Below, piece after piece: positions 26,942 to 39,913 of a stretch of DNA of 64,000 nt. The translations under genes and the position numbers were made by a program. This DNA is from Eledone cirrhosa. Taxonomy: Eukaryota. Where the stretch lies: the NCBI GenBank assembly GCA_964016885.1, contig OZ024747.1, positions 76,632,001-76,696,000 of the forward strand, read 5' to 3'. Numbering within the stretch: the first letter of the stretch is position 1; each line of letters starts with the position of its first letter. Under the pieces are notes generated by a model. It saw only the letters and a list, made by a program, of their open reading frames with translations. It was not told the DNA's origin and searched no databases.

Positions 26942-27099
26942 GGAAGAGACGGCGCTCGACGGTTCAGCAATTGTCGCTTCATAGTTAGTTCCACACTGGG
27001 AATGGCAAGATCTCAGCCGTTGGGCCCCCATCTGTTTCTAATATAGCCATTTCAAGCATCGAGTACTGTGATGAACCATGGTCAACCTAGTTTAATACT

Positions 27100-27145
<46 letters not shown>

Positions 27146-27435
27146 CAAATAACGAAACGAAATTAAATTTCGTTTCGTTTGTAACTCACTTTTGTATGAC
27201 TGACGCTTAAACAATTAAGTTAAAGATGTACATCCATATATGTATACTGAAATACTAGTATGTATATGAATACACACACGTATACATATGTAGATGTACC
27301 AAGTTTTTTTCACTGGTCACTTTACTGTGAGTGGCCAGCTATTCCGTATGTAAACACACAGACAAACCGGTTTTTAGAGTCATACTGGTTTTTGAGGAAA
27401 CACCTTTCCTCTATTCTCCAGAAAGCCAGACAAGG

Positions 27436-27480
27436 AATATTGAACTAGTTTCGTTGTTGTTACAACTCATCAGCAATATT
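27436..27480 (-). ncRNA. Type I hammerhead ribozyme; first of 7 left-arm copies (others start at 27904, 28373, 28841, 29309, 29777, 30245)
   Basis: Exact reverse complement of the motif at 30817-30861. Confidence 0.9.
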
Positions 27481-30400
27481 TACCTATCTTCCGGCCTCTC
27501 TAGAGAATCGTAAAAGCACATAGCGTTATATGCTTTTTCTATGAAAATTAGTAGTGGGCAGACTAATTTGCATAGAGTGTGAGTAAGTACCGGTTCAACG
27601 GAGACGATAAAAACAAATAACGAAACGAAATTAAATTTCGTTTCGTTTGTAACTCACTTTTGTATGACTGACGCTTAAACAATTAAGTTAAAGATGTACA
27701 TCCATATATGTATACTGAAATACTAGTATGTATATGAATACACACACGTATACATATGTAGATGTACCAAGTTTTTTTCACTGGTCACTTTACTGTGAGT
27801 GGCCAGCTATTCCGTATGTAAACACACAGACAAACCGGTTTTTAGAGTCATACTGGTTTTTGAGGAAACACCTTTCCTCTATTCTCCAGAAAGCCAGACA
27901 AGGAATATTGAACTAGTTTCGTTGTTGTTACAACTCATCAGCAATATTTACCTATCTTCCGGCCTCTCTAGAGAATCGTAAAAGCACATAGCGTTATATG
28001 CTTTTTCTATGAAAATTAGTAGTGGGCAGACTAATTTGCATAGAGTGTGAGTAAGTACCGGTTCAACGGAGACGATAAAAACAAATAACGAAACGAAATT
28101 AAATTTCGTTTCGTTTGTAACTCACTTTTGTATGACTGACGCTTAAACAATTAAGTTAAAGATGTACATCCATATATGTATACTGAAATACTAGTATGTA
28201 TATGAATACACACACGTATACATATGTAGATGTACCAAGTTTTTTTTCACTGGTCACTTTACTGTGAGTGGCCAGCTATTCCGTATGTAAACACACAGAC
28301 AAACCGGTTTTTAGAGTCATACTGGTTTTTGAGGAAACACCTTTCCTCTATTCTCCAGAAAGCCAGACAAGGAATATTGAACTAGTTTCGTTGTTGTTAC
28401 AACTCATCAGCAATATTTACCTATCTTCCGGCCTCTCTAGAGAATCGTAAAAGCACATAGCGTTATATGCTTTTTCTATGAAAATTAGTAGTGGGCAGAC
28501 TAATTTGCATAGAGTGTGAGTAAGTACCGGTTCAACGGAGACGATAAAAACAAATAACGAAACGAAATTAAATTTCGTTTCGTTTGTAACTCACTTTTGT
28601 ATGACTGACGCTTAAACAATTAAGTTAAAGATGTACATCCATATATGTATACTGAAATACTAGTATGTATATGAATACACACACGTATACATATGTAGAT
28701 GTACCAAGTTTTTTTCACTGGTCACTTTACTGTGAGTGGCCAGCTATTCCGTATGTAAACACACAGACAAACCGGTTTTTAGAGTCATACTGGTTTTTGA
28801 GGAAACACCTTTCCTCTATTCTCCAGAAAGCCAGACAAGGAATATTGAACTAGTTTCGTTGTTGTTACAACTCATCAGCAATATTTACCTATCTTCCGGC
28901 CTCTCTAGAGAATCGTAAAAGCACATAGCGTTATATGCTTTTTCTATGAAAATTAGTAGTGGGCAGACTAATTTGCATAGAGTGTGAGTAAGTACCGGTT
29001 CAACGGAGACGATAAAAACAAATAACGAAACGAAATTAAATTTCGTTTCGTTTGTAACTCACTTTTGTATGACTGACGCTTAAACAATTAAGTTAAAGAT
29101 GTACATCCATATATGTATACTGAAATACTAGTATGTATATGAATACACACACGTATACATATGTAGATGTACCAAGTTTTTTTCACTGGTCACTTTACTG
29201 TGAGTGGCCAGCTATTCCGTATGTAAACACACAGACAAACCGGTTTTTAGAGTCATACTGGTTTTTGAGGAAACACCTTTCCTCTATTCTCCAGAAAGCC
29301 AGACAAGGAATATTGAACTAGTTTCGTTGTTGTTACAACTCATCAGCAATATTTACCTATCTTCCGGCCTCTCTAGAGAATCGTAAAAGCACATAGCGTT
29401 ATATGCTTTTTCTATGAAAATTAGTAGTGGGCAGACTAATTTGCATAGAGTGTGAGTAAGTACCGGTTCAACGGAGACGATAAAAACAAATAACGAAACG
29501 AAATTAAATTTCGTTTCGTTTGTAACTCACTTTTGTATGACTGACGCTTAAACAATTAAGTTAAAGATGTACATCCATATATGTATACTGAAATACTAGT
29601 ATGTATATGAATACACACACGTATACATATGTAGATGTACCAAGTTTTTTTCACTGGTCACTTTACTGTGAGTGGCCAGCTATTCCGTATGTAAACACAC
29701 AGACAAACCGGTTTTTAGAGTCATACTGGTTTTTGAGGAAACACCTTTCCTCTATTCTCCAGAAAGCCAGACAAGGAATATTGAACTAGTTTCGTTGTTG
29801 TTACAACTCATCAGCAATATTTACCTATCTTCCGGCCTCTCTAGAGAATCGTAAAAGCACATAGCGTTATATGCTTTTTCTATGAAAATTAGTAGTGGGC
29901 AGACTAATTTGCATAGAGTGTGAGTAAGTACCGGTTCAACGGAGACGATAAAAACAAATAACGAAACGAAATTAAATTTCGTTTCGTTTGTAACTCACTT
30001 TTGTATGACTGACGCTTAAACAATTAAGTTAAAGATGTACATCCATATATGTATACTGAAATACTAGTATGTATATGAATACACACACGTATACATATGT
30101 AGATGTACCAAGTTTTTTTCACTGGTCACTTTACTGTGAGTGGCCAGCTATTCCGTATGTAAACACACAGACAAACCGGTTTTTAGAGTCATACTGGTTT
30201 TTGAGGAAACACCTTTCCTCTATTCTCCAGAAAGCCAGACAAGGAATATTGAACTAGTTTCGTTGTTGTTACAACTCATCAGCAATATTTACCTATCTTC
30301 CGGCCTCTCTAGAGAATCGTAAAAGCACATAGCGTTATATGCTTTTTCTATGAAAATTAGTAGTGGGCAGACTAATTAGTAGTGGGCAGACTAATTTGTC

Positions 30401-30816
30401 TGGCTTTCTGGAGAATAGAGGAAAGGTGTTTCCTCAAAAACCAGTATGACTCTAAAAACCGGTTTGTCTGTGTGTTTACATACGGAATAGCTGGCCACTC
30501 ACAGTAAAGTGACCAGTGAAAAAAACTTGGTACATCTACATATGTATACGTGTGTGTATTCATATACATACTAGTATTTCAGTATACATATATGGATGTA
30601 CATCTTTAACTTAATTGTTTAAGCGTCAGTCATACAAAAGTGAGTTACAAACGAAACGAAATTTAATTTCGTTTCGTTATTTGTTTTTATCGTCTCCGTT
30701 GAACCGGTACTTACTCACACTCTATGCAAATTAGTCTGCCCACTACTAATTTTCATAGAAAAAGCATATAACGCTATGTGCTTTTACGATTCTCTAGAGA
30801 GGCCGGAAGATAGGTA

Positions 30817-30861
30817 AATATTGCTGATGAGTTGTAACAACAACGAAACTAGTTCAATATT
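30817..30861 (+). ncRNA. Type I hammerhead ribozyme; first of 7 right-arm copies (others start at 31285, 31753, 32221, 32689, 33157, 33625)
   Basis: aatattg-CTGATGA-gttgt(aaca)acaac-GAAAC(ta)GTT-caatatt: 7-bp stem I, intact core, 5-bp stem II, minimal palindromic stem III (actagt), GUU cleavage triplet. Confidence 0.9.
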
Positions 30862-33800
30862 CCTTGTCTGGCTTTCTGGAGAATAGAGGAAAGGTGTTTC
30901 CTCAAAAACCAGTATGACTCTAAAAACCGGTTTGTCTGTGTGTTTACATACGGAATAGCTGGCCACTCACAGTAAAGTGACCAGTGAAAAAAACTTGGTA
31001 CATCTACATATGTATACGTGTGTGTATTCATATACATACTAGTATTTCAGTATACATATATGGATGTACATCTTTAACTTAATTGTTTAAGCGTCAGTCA
31101 TACAAAAGTGAGTTACAAACGAAACGAAATTTAATTTCGTTTCGTTATTTGTTTTTATCGTCTCCGTTGAACCGGTACTTACTCACACTCTATGCAAATT
31201 AGTCTGCCCACTACTAATTTTCATAGAAAAAGCATATAACGCTATGTGCTTTTACGATTCTCTAGAGAGGCCGGAAGATAGGTAAATATTGCTGATGAGT
31301 TGTAACAACAACGAAACTAGTTCAATATTCCTTGTCTGGCTTTCTGGAGAATAGAGGAAAGGTGTTTCCTCAAAAACCAGTATGACTCTAAAAACCGGTT
31401 TGTCTGTGTGTTTACATACGGAATAGCTGGCCACTCACAGTAAAGTGACCAGTGAAAAAAACTTGGTACATCTACATATGTATACGTGTGTGTATTCATA
31501 TACATACTAGTATTTCAGTATACATATATGGATGTACATCTTTAACTTAATTGTTTAAGCGTCAGTCATACAAAAGTGAGTTACAAACGAAACGAAATTT
31601 AATTTCGTTTCGTTATTTGTTTTTATCGTCTCCGTTGAACCGGTACTTACTCACACTCTATGCAAATTAGTCTGCCCACTACTAATTTTCATAGAAAAAG
31701 CATATAACGCTATGTGCTTTTACGATTCTCTAGAGAGGCCGGAAGATAGGTAAATATTGCTGATGAGTTGTAACAACAACGAAACTAGTTCAATATTCCT
31801 TGTCTGGCTTTCTGGAGAATAGAGGAAAGGTGTTTCCTCAAAAACCAGTATGACTCTAAAAACCGGTTTGTCTGTGTGTTTACATACGGAATAGCTGGCC
31901 ACTCACAGTAAAGTGACCAGTGAAAAAAACTTGGTACATCTACATATGTATACGTGTGTGTATTCATATACATACTAGTATTTCAGTATACATATATGGA
32001 TGTACATCTTTAACTTAATTGTTTAAGCGTCAGTCATACAAAAGTGAGTTACAAACGAAACGAAATTTAATTTCGTTTCGTTATTTGTTTTTATCGTCTC
32101 CGTTGAACCGGTACTTACTCACACTCTATGCAAATTAGTCTGCCCACTACTAATTTTCATAGAAAAAGCATATAACGCTATGTGCTTTTACGATTCTCTA
32201 GAGAGGCCGGAAGATAGGTAAATATTGCTGATGAGTTGTAACAACAACGAAACTAGTTCAATATTCCTTGTCTGGCTTTCTGGAGAATAGAGGAAAGGTG
32301 TTTCCTCAAAAACCAGTATGACTCTAAAAACCGGTTTGTCTGTGTGTTTACATACGGAATAGCTGGCCACTCACAGTAAAGTGACCAGTGAAAAAAACTT
32401 GGTACATCTACATATGTATACGTGTGTGTATTCATATACATACTAGTATTTCAGTATACATATATGGATGTACATCTTTAACTTAATTGTTTAAGCGTCA
32501 GTCATACAAAAGTGAGTTACAAACGAAACGAAATTTAATTTCGTTTCGTTATTTGTTTTTATCGTCTCCGTTGAACCGGTACTTACTCACACTCTATGCA
32601 AATTAGTCTGCCCACTACTAATTTTCATAGAAAAAGCATATAACGCTATGTGCTTTTACGATTCTCTAGAGAGGCCGGAAGATAGGTAAATATTGCTGAT
32701 GAGTTGTAACAACAACGAAACTAGTTCAATATTCCTTGTCTGGCTTTCTGGAGAATAGAGGAAAGGTGTTTCCTCAAAAACCAGTATGACTCTAAAAACC
32801 GGTTTGTCTGTGTGTTTACATACGGAATAGCTGGCCACTCACAGTAAAGTGACCAGTGAAAAAAACTTGGTACATCTACATATGTATACGTGTGTGTATT
32901 CATATACATACTAGTATTTCAGTATACATATATGGATGTACATCTTTAACTTAATTGTTTAAGCGTCAGTCATACAAAAGTGAGTTACAAACGAAACGAA
33001 ATTTAATTTCGTTTCGTTATTTGTTTTTATCGTCTCCGTTGAACCGGTACTTACTCACACTCTATGCAAATTAGTCTGCCCACTACTAATTTTCATAGAA
33101 AAAGCATATAACGCTATGTGCTTTTACGATTCTCTAGAGAGGCCGGAAGATAGGTAAATATTGCTGATGAGTTGTAACAACAACGAAACTAGTTCAATAT
33201 TCCTTGTCTGGCTTTCTGGAGAATAGAGGAAAGGTGTTTCCTCAAAAACCAGTATGACTCTAAAAACCGGTTTGTCTGTGTGTTTACATACGGAATAGCT
33301 GGCCACTCACAGTAAAGTGACCAGTGAAAAAAACTTGGTACATCTACATATGTATACGTGTGTGTATTCATATACATACTAGTATTTCAGTATACATATA
33401 TGGATGTACATCTTTAACTTAATTGTTTAAGCGTCAGTCATACAAAAGTGAGTTACAAACGAAACGAAATTTAATTTCGTTTCGTTATTTGTTTTTATCG
33501 TCTCCGTTGAACCGGTACTTACTCACACTCTATGCAAATTAGTCTGCCCACTACTAATTTTCATAGAAAAAGCATATAACGCTATGTGCTTTTACGATTC
33601 TCTAGAGAGGCCGGAAGATAGGTAAATATTGCTGATGAGTTGTAACAACAACGAAACTAGTTCAATATTCCTTGTCTGGCTTTCTGGAGAATAGAGGAAA
33701 GGTGTTTCCTCAAAAACCAGTATGACTCTAAAAACCGGTTTGTCTGTGTGTTTACATACGGAATAGCTGGCCACTCACAGTAAAGTGACCAGTGAAAAAA

Positions 33801-34003
33801 ACTTGGTACATCTACATATGTATACGTGTGTGTATTCATATACATACTAGTATTTCAGTATACATATATGGATGTACATCTTTAACTTAATTGTTTATAT
33901 ATATATATATTATAGTTAAAAGAGAAACAAAAAACAAAATCGAAGCGAAGAGGCAGTACAAAGTGTTAATATTAGGTTCACGCTGGAGAGTGAGGGTGGG
34001 GAA

Positions 34004-34035
34004 CGACATTTCGGGCATAAGCCCTTCATCAGGAG
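34004..34035 (-). ncRNA. Minimal Penelope-type hammerhead in element 33913-34090
   Basis: Reverse complement: ctc-CTGATGA-agggc(ttat)gccc-GAAAtGTC-g. Stem I is weak. Confidence 0.62.
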
Positions 34036-35033
34036 AAAAGTGGCCAGGAAAAGAGTTCCGAGGGTGTGAGGGGGAGTGGTGGAAAGACACATATATATAT
34101 ATATATATATATGGGAAAAAGTTTAACCCCGACGGCAGAGCTCAAGCCGTTTCGACGGCTATTTCTGGACTGAAATAGCCGTCGAAACGGCTTGAGCTCT
34201 GCCGTCGGGATTAAACTTTTTCCTATTACCCACTCTACTACCCTAAGTATTGAGTACTCTGGTGCGTTATGGTCCATCTGGTTCCTTACCACACCTCCTT
34301 CGTAATATATATATATATATATATATATATACGTACGTCCCGGGTTGAGTCGGGGATAACCACAGTAAGTAAGGTACTCAATACATGGCAGAGTAAATTT
34401 TTTTATTTTATAGAAGGAGCTTCTACAGGACTAGTACTGTTTCATTCAGATCTGGATGAAACAGTACTAGTCCTGTAGAAGCTCCTTCTATAAAATATAT
34501 ATATATATATAAGTGTGTGTGTGTATGTTTGTTATGTTTAATAGATTTACAGCTAACTGTAGACTAAAACATTTCTGTGCAGATACGTGACACGGAATAG
34601 ATATTGAAGTTGTTTATCTCTTTAATAATTCCGTCTCTAGTAACCAAAGTATTAAACATTATCATTGTTTCCTTATGGTTATCGTTGGTCACACATGTGT
34701 TGTTTGTTTTCGTTCGACTTTGGGATATTTTTTGCTTTACATACACACACACACACATAGATTCACACACACACACACCAACACACATACGCACACACAC
34801 ATCAACACACACACACATAAACTGACATACAAACACACATATATATATGAATGTGTATGTGTATGTGTATATGTATGTGTATGTATGTGTGTGTCTGTGC
34901 TTATATATATATATATATATGTGTGTGTGTATGTGTATGTATATATATATATAAATACATTTATGTATGTATATATATGTATGTATGTATAAATATGTAT
35001 GTATGTGTATATATATATATATATATATACATT

Positions 35034-35072
<39 letters not shown>

Positions 35073-35215
35073 CTACATATATACATATACACATATGTGT
35101 GTATATATATATATATACGTATAATATATATATATATATACATATATACATATATATATATATACACATATACATATATACATATATGTTTGTGTGTGTG
35201 AGTATGTATGTATAC

Positions 35216-35248
<33 letters not shown>

Positions 35249-35397
35249 TAAATACATGCACCTATACTATTAATCCAACTAGTTGAAAACGTGTAGGGTT
35301 GGAGTGTAAATATTGTAATTGGGATCCTTTCATCGGCATCAACTGTACACGTCATACACTGGTAATAACTGGAAAAGATACGTCTCTGTATACATAC

Positions 35398-35446
<49 letters not shown>

Positions 35447-35532
35447 GGTGTGTGAGTGGGTGGAAGCGAGTATGTATGTATATATGTATACAAATAAATA
35501 TATTATATATATGTATGTATGTATTATATATT

Positions 35533-35563
<31 letters not shown>

Positions 35564-35592
35564 ACATACACACACACACACACATATATATG

Positions 35593-35642
<50 letters not shown>

Positions 35643-36047
35643 TATACGTCAGAAACAAAGAAAAAGTAGTTTTATAGAAGAGGATGGGAGGAAAAAGAAG
35701 ATAAGATCAACATCAAATCATAGATGAAACAAAATGACTGAAAAAAACAAAACAAAATTAAGCAAAATACTCTAAAAATAAAGACAAAAAGTCTGGAACT
35801 GGCCTCTTGAGTTGCTATGGTGATAATGTGAGATTCTGCCCGTTGCTAATTACTGGAAAAATGTTGCCCATTTTCACCTTTTTCCTTCCTTTTAATTCTT
35901 TATTTTATTATTTATATTATTTTTTTTATCTTCATATTTGTTTTTTATTATATTTATATTTATCTTATATTTTATTTCGTTTTCTTATTTATTTGCTTGT
36001 ATTTCTATTTATGTTGTTTTATATGTTGTTTTTCTATTTATTTGTAG

Positions 36048-36117
36048 AGTAATGGCAGCAACAGACCAGCAAGACAACGGTAGATCGGTGGAGCAACGGA
36101 GCAACGGAACAACGAAT
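36048..36117 (+). other. Possible small host exon (MAATDQQDNGRSVEQRSNGTTN)
   Basis: A long T-rich tract ending tttgtAG, then a compositionally distinct segment with ATG at 36052, then GTAATT at 36118. No homology was recognised. Confidence 0.22.
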
Positions 36118-36264
36118 GTAATTGTAATAAGAGAGATATGAAGAATTTAACGTATCTACGTTGCTAGGACCAAATAATATTATATATTAGTATTACTAAT
36201 ACTAATATCATTATAGTAAAATAGTCAAGTTATGTCTTAGAGGTTGCTGGCATTGCTAACTAGC

Positions 36265-36600
36265 TTGTTGTTGGTGTTGGTGGTTATGGTGGTGGTGATG
36301 GTGGTGGTGATGGTGGTGGTGGTGGTGGTGGTGGTGGTGGTGGTGGTAGTTTTGGTGGTGGTGGTGGTGGTGGTGGTGGTGGTGGTGGTGGTGGTGGTGG
36401 TGGTGGTGGTGGTTGTGGTAGTTTTGGTGGTGGTGGTGGTTGTGGTGGTAGTGGTGGTGGTGGTAGTTTTGGTGGTGGTCGTGGTTGTGGTGGTGGTAAT
36501 TTTGGTGGTGGTAGTGATGGTGGTGGTGGTGGTGGTGGTGGTGGTGGAGGTGGTGGTGGAGGTGGTGGTGGTGGTGGTGGTAGTTTTGGTGGTGGTGGTG
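36265..36600. repeat. (GGT)n microsatellite
   Basis: Direct inspection. Confidence 0.95.
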
Positions 36601-37708
36601 TAGTAATGATAGCAGTCCATATTCTATTGTGGCTCTTATCTTAAGTGGTGATTGTAGCTGATTACTCTTGTTTTGTTTGTTGTTGTTGTTGTAGTAGTCG
36701 GTAGGGGTGGTGGTTGTTGTTGTTGTGGTAGTAGGTGTGGGTGGTGATTGTTGTTGTTGTTGTTTAACTCAGTCAAATTTGATAGAGCAGACCTTTGATA
36801 AAAATGCATTCCGGCCGTGCCCATCCGGTATTTTTTTTCAAACCATGTGTACCCCGGATTGCAATATCAGCTTTGTCTTCTTTTGTTACAATGTAGTGTT
36901 TTATGTGAGGGAGATTTATCTGTTATTTCTAGCAAATGATGAACTACCACGGAGAAACTCCAACGTTTGTTCCTAATTTCTGTAATCGACGCCATGATGG
37001 TTGAATTTCAGTTTTGTTTCTGTTTGTTATTATTAGATTTGTTTAACCATAGGTCAGACCTTGTCGAGCAGACCTCTAACCAAAGGATTTCCAGCTGTCA
37101 CTATCTGTATGTTCCCTTTCTCCATATGTAGTAGAGAGGTGAGGGAATGATCTCAAAGGTTTCAATCTGTGTCATTTGTAACATCTAAGACGGGAAATAC
37201 GGAAAGATCCCATTCTTGAATCTACCCTTCTTAAAATATCTGAAATTGTTCGTATTTAATATAGAATAATTATAAATTAGTTAAATTAATATTAACATAT
37301 TTGATGCAAGGATCTTTAAAATATATAAGAGATATAATTTAGCGTTAAGATAAGGAAAATAAAATATAAGTCACTGAATAACACTATTTTAGATATTTTT
37401 GCAAGTATGAGAGAGACAGACATAATAGCTCGTTTTTATATTGGTTTTACAAGATTTTTTTTTATCTAAAAACGTGTGTTAAAACAGATATTGTTATAAT
37501 TAGTGAGGGTCATGCTAATAATAAAAAACACACGCACCTGTTAGATTTCACATCAATTTATCATCATACGTTCTTTGACCTCCTCGGTGACTACTACTTG
37601 TTTTGTTATTTTGTATCTCTTCTCTGTTTTGTCTTACACCAGCTTGTGTAAAATAAAGTTTCATATATAAACACACACGTGATTGTGAGTGTTTGTGTAT
37701 ATATATAT

Positions 37709-37833
<125 letters not shown>

Positions 37834-37930
37834 ATATATATATATATACACACATACATCATACATACACGCATGAATATTGCATTATGTACGTATGTAT
37901 GTGTGTATATATATATATATACATATATAA

Positions 37931-38007
<77 letters not shown>

Positions 38008-38670
38008 AGTGTTGATACATTCGTATGTATGTGCCCACACACATCCCTCCCTACCTCTGTAGAGCCCCAAAGATATATGGAGAAGATCAACTTGTTAGGT
38101 ATTATGTAACGAGAAATCAAACATAAACAAGATTTATATATTGTATCAGATCTTTTGTCTTAGACACCGTCTGCCAAGTTGGATATATGATGTTATACTA
38201 TCTTGAACGATTTACAATCAATAGAGTCACGTGATAGTACCGTAGTAGACAATGCACCACGTCATGATATCCTGTTAGAAACCTCTCTTTTCAGGAGCTT
38301 CCGCCACTGTTGTTACATAAAGGGAGCTGGCGTCATTATTCTCTCTAAGATGAATTACTGATGCTTTATAGTAAATCAAACTTCTAGGAAAACACATTTT
38401 CTTTTCAGTCAGGGAACGAGCCTCTACCCAGTCTCGCCCTGTTAGAAATAGCAGTAACCAGCTTTTATATGAAATCTCAACCCTGCCGTATAAAAAGAAG
38501 TCAGGTTTGATAAGACCGGAAAGACTTAGATTAGATAAAGGATACTATTGACAATACAGTCTTAGATACATTCGTGATGGAAAAGAAAGAGATGATTCAT
38601 AAGCGATGACCTGTTGCTAAACAAACAATGAAGGACGGGGTGGGGGCATTCTTCTTATTATTATTATCAT

Positions 38671-38868
38671 TGGTGGATCGGCAGTATCTGTAGAGCGTCG
38701 GACAACATGCTTAGCATCATAGAGTTAGTTCAAATCACGCTAAGGTTAGCTTTACCTTTCATCCTTGCGAGATCGATAAAATAAAGTACCAGTAGTACAC
38801 TGAAATTGATTTAATCGACTTTCTCCTCCCCCAAAATTGCTGGCCTTGTGCCTATAGTAGAAATAATT
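38671..38868 (+). mobile_element. tRNA-derived SINE next to (TTA)n
   Basis: Head, core and tail ggccttgtgcctatagtagaaataatt. Confidence 0.8.
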
Positions 38869-39107
38869 CTTATTCTTATAAGAGAATCCGAAAGAGGTCA
38901 CGACCAATGCAGCCTATCACACGCAGACATTGTCAGAGAGAAGTCTGTAACACAAATATCGGTCGAAAGACATTCTTACACTTCAGAGCTTATATTTGAG
39001 AGCTGATGATGATAAAATTAATTTAATTTTACCTTTGAAGGTAAGACATACGAGACTGTGAAGACTGGTCCTGAATTTGGAGAAATGTTGATGTTTTTAT
39101 ATAATTT

Positions 39108-39244
39108 TCATATAATTTTTACATTATAATTCTTACATTATAATTCTTACATTATAATTCTTAAATTATAATTCTTACATTATAATTCTTACATTATAAT
39201 TCTTAAATTATAATTCTTACATTATAATTCTTACATTATAATTC
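39108..39244. repeat. 14-bp AT-rich minisatellite
   Basis: Unit acattataattctt. Confidence 0.88.
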
Positions 39245-39913
39245 GTTACTGGAGAGCTTAGATTAAAGGAATCATTATTATTGAAATTTTGTTGAATACT
39301 TTTAAATATACATGAAATTAGAATCTTTATAATTTTTTAAAATTATAATTACTTTTTGAAATACCAAAAGAATTTCCTCTCGGGTGTGTGTAGGGGGCTG
39401 GAGGTAGGCAGGTGTTTCATCAACTTTGACACTGTTTACCCTACAAGTAATGTCCAGATGTGTAGATCAGTCCACTCTAACACTAGGATCAGAGTTATGT
39501 CACACTAGTGAATGAGTTTAGATTGTATGTTCTATGTTTTACATGGGTTGATTCTAATGTGTTTTCTGAATTTCTCAGTCATCCCAGGATTTCTAGCTCC
39601 ACAACAAACACAAATTGGCTGACTTGCGTACTAAGGATGTCATAAATACCTTCTTCTTCTTCTTCTCCTTCTTCTTCTTCTTATTATTATTATTATTGAA
39701 TGCCATGGTTGGCGGAGGCTCGGCTCTGTAAGGTATAGTAATTTTTAACCGTTAAAACAATTGTAAATTGTTTAAAACTTGAACCAAATTGTTGATAAAG
39801 ACACCCTCCTCCTCGTGAGAGGGGTCTTTCTGTCCGTTATTTGGCCCTTCGGGGTTAAATAACCAGTTATTGGGGTTTTGTACCCAAAATTTCATTTTAA
39901 ACAAAAAAACAAC

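Larger units (their letters stand above)
27139..33897. mobile_element. Retrozyme-like array of 468-bp hammerhead-ribozyme-containing units in two inverted arms, inserted in (TA)n
   Basis: The period is 468 bp (one unit is 469 bp, with an extra T in a T-run). The left arm (27139-30398) has about 6.9 units and the right arm (30396-33897) about 7.5 units in the opposite orientation. (TA)n flanks both ends. There is one HHR per unit and no RT-coding ORF. Confidence 0.85.

Noticed and set aside
27260-33845. Repeated 60-62 aa ORFs in the 468-bp units
   Set aside because: They are short, overlapping and antisense to the ribozyme strand, one is frameshifted in unit 3, and they have no recognisable motif. 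They are most likely chance ORFs.
27139-33897. CRISPR array, or a second hammerhead on the opposite polarity (ambisense viroid-like RNA)
   Set aside because: There are no unique spacers or cas genes. The opposite strand has only CTGACGC and CTGAAAT, not a CUGANGA core.
39000-39045. CTGATGA followed by a hairpin
   Set aside because: It is followed by GAAGG rather than GAAA, and stems I and III are absent.
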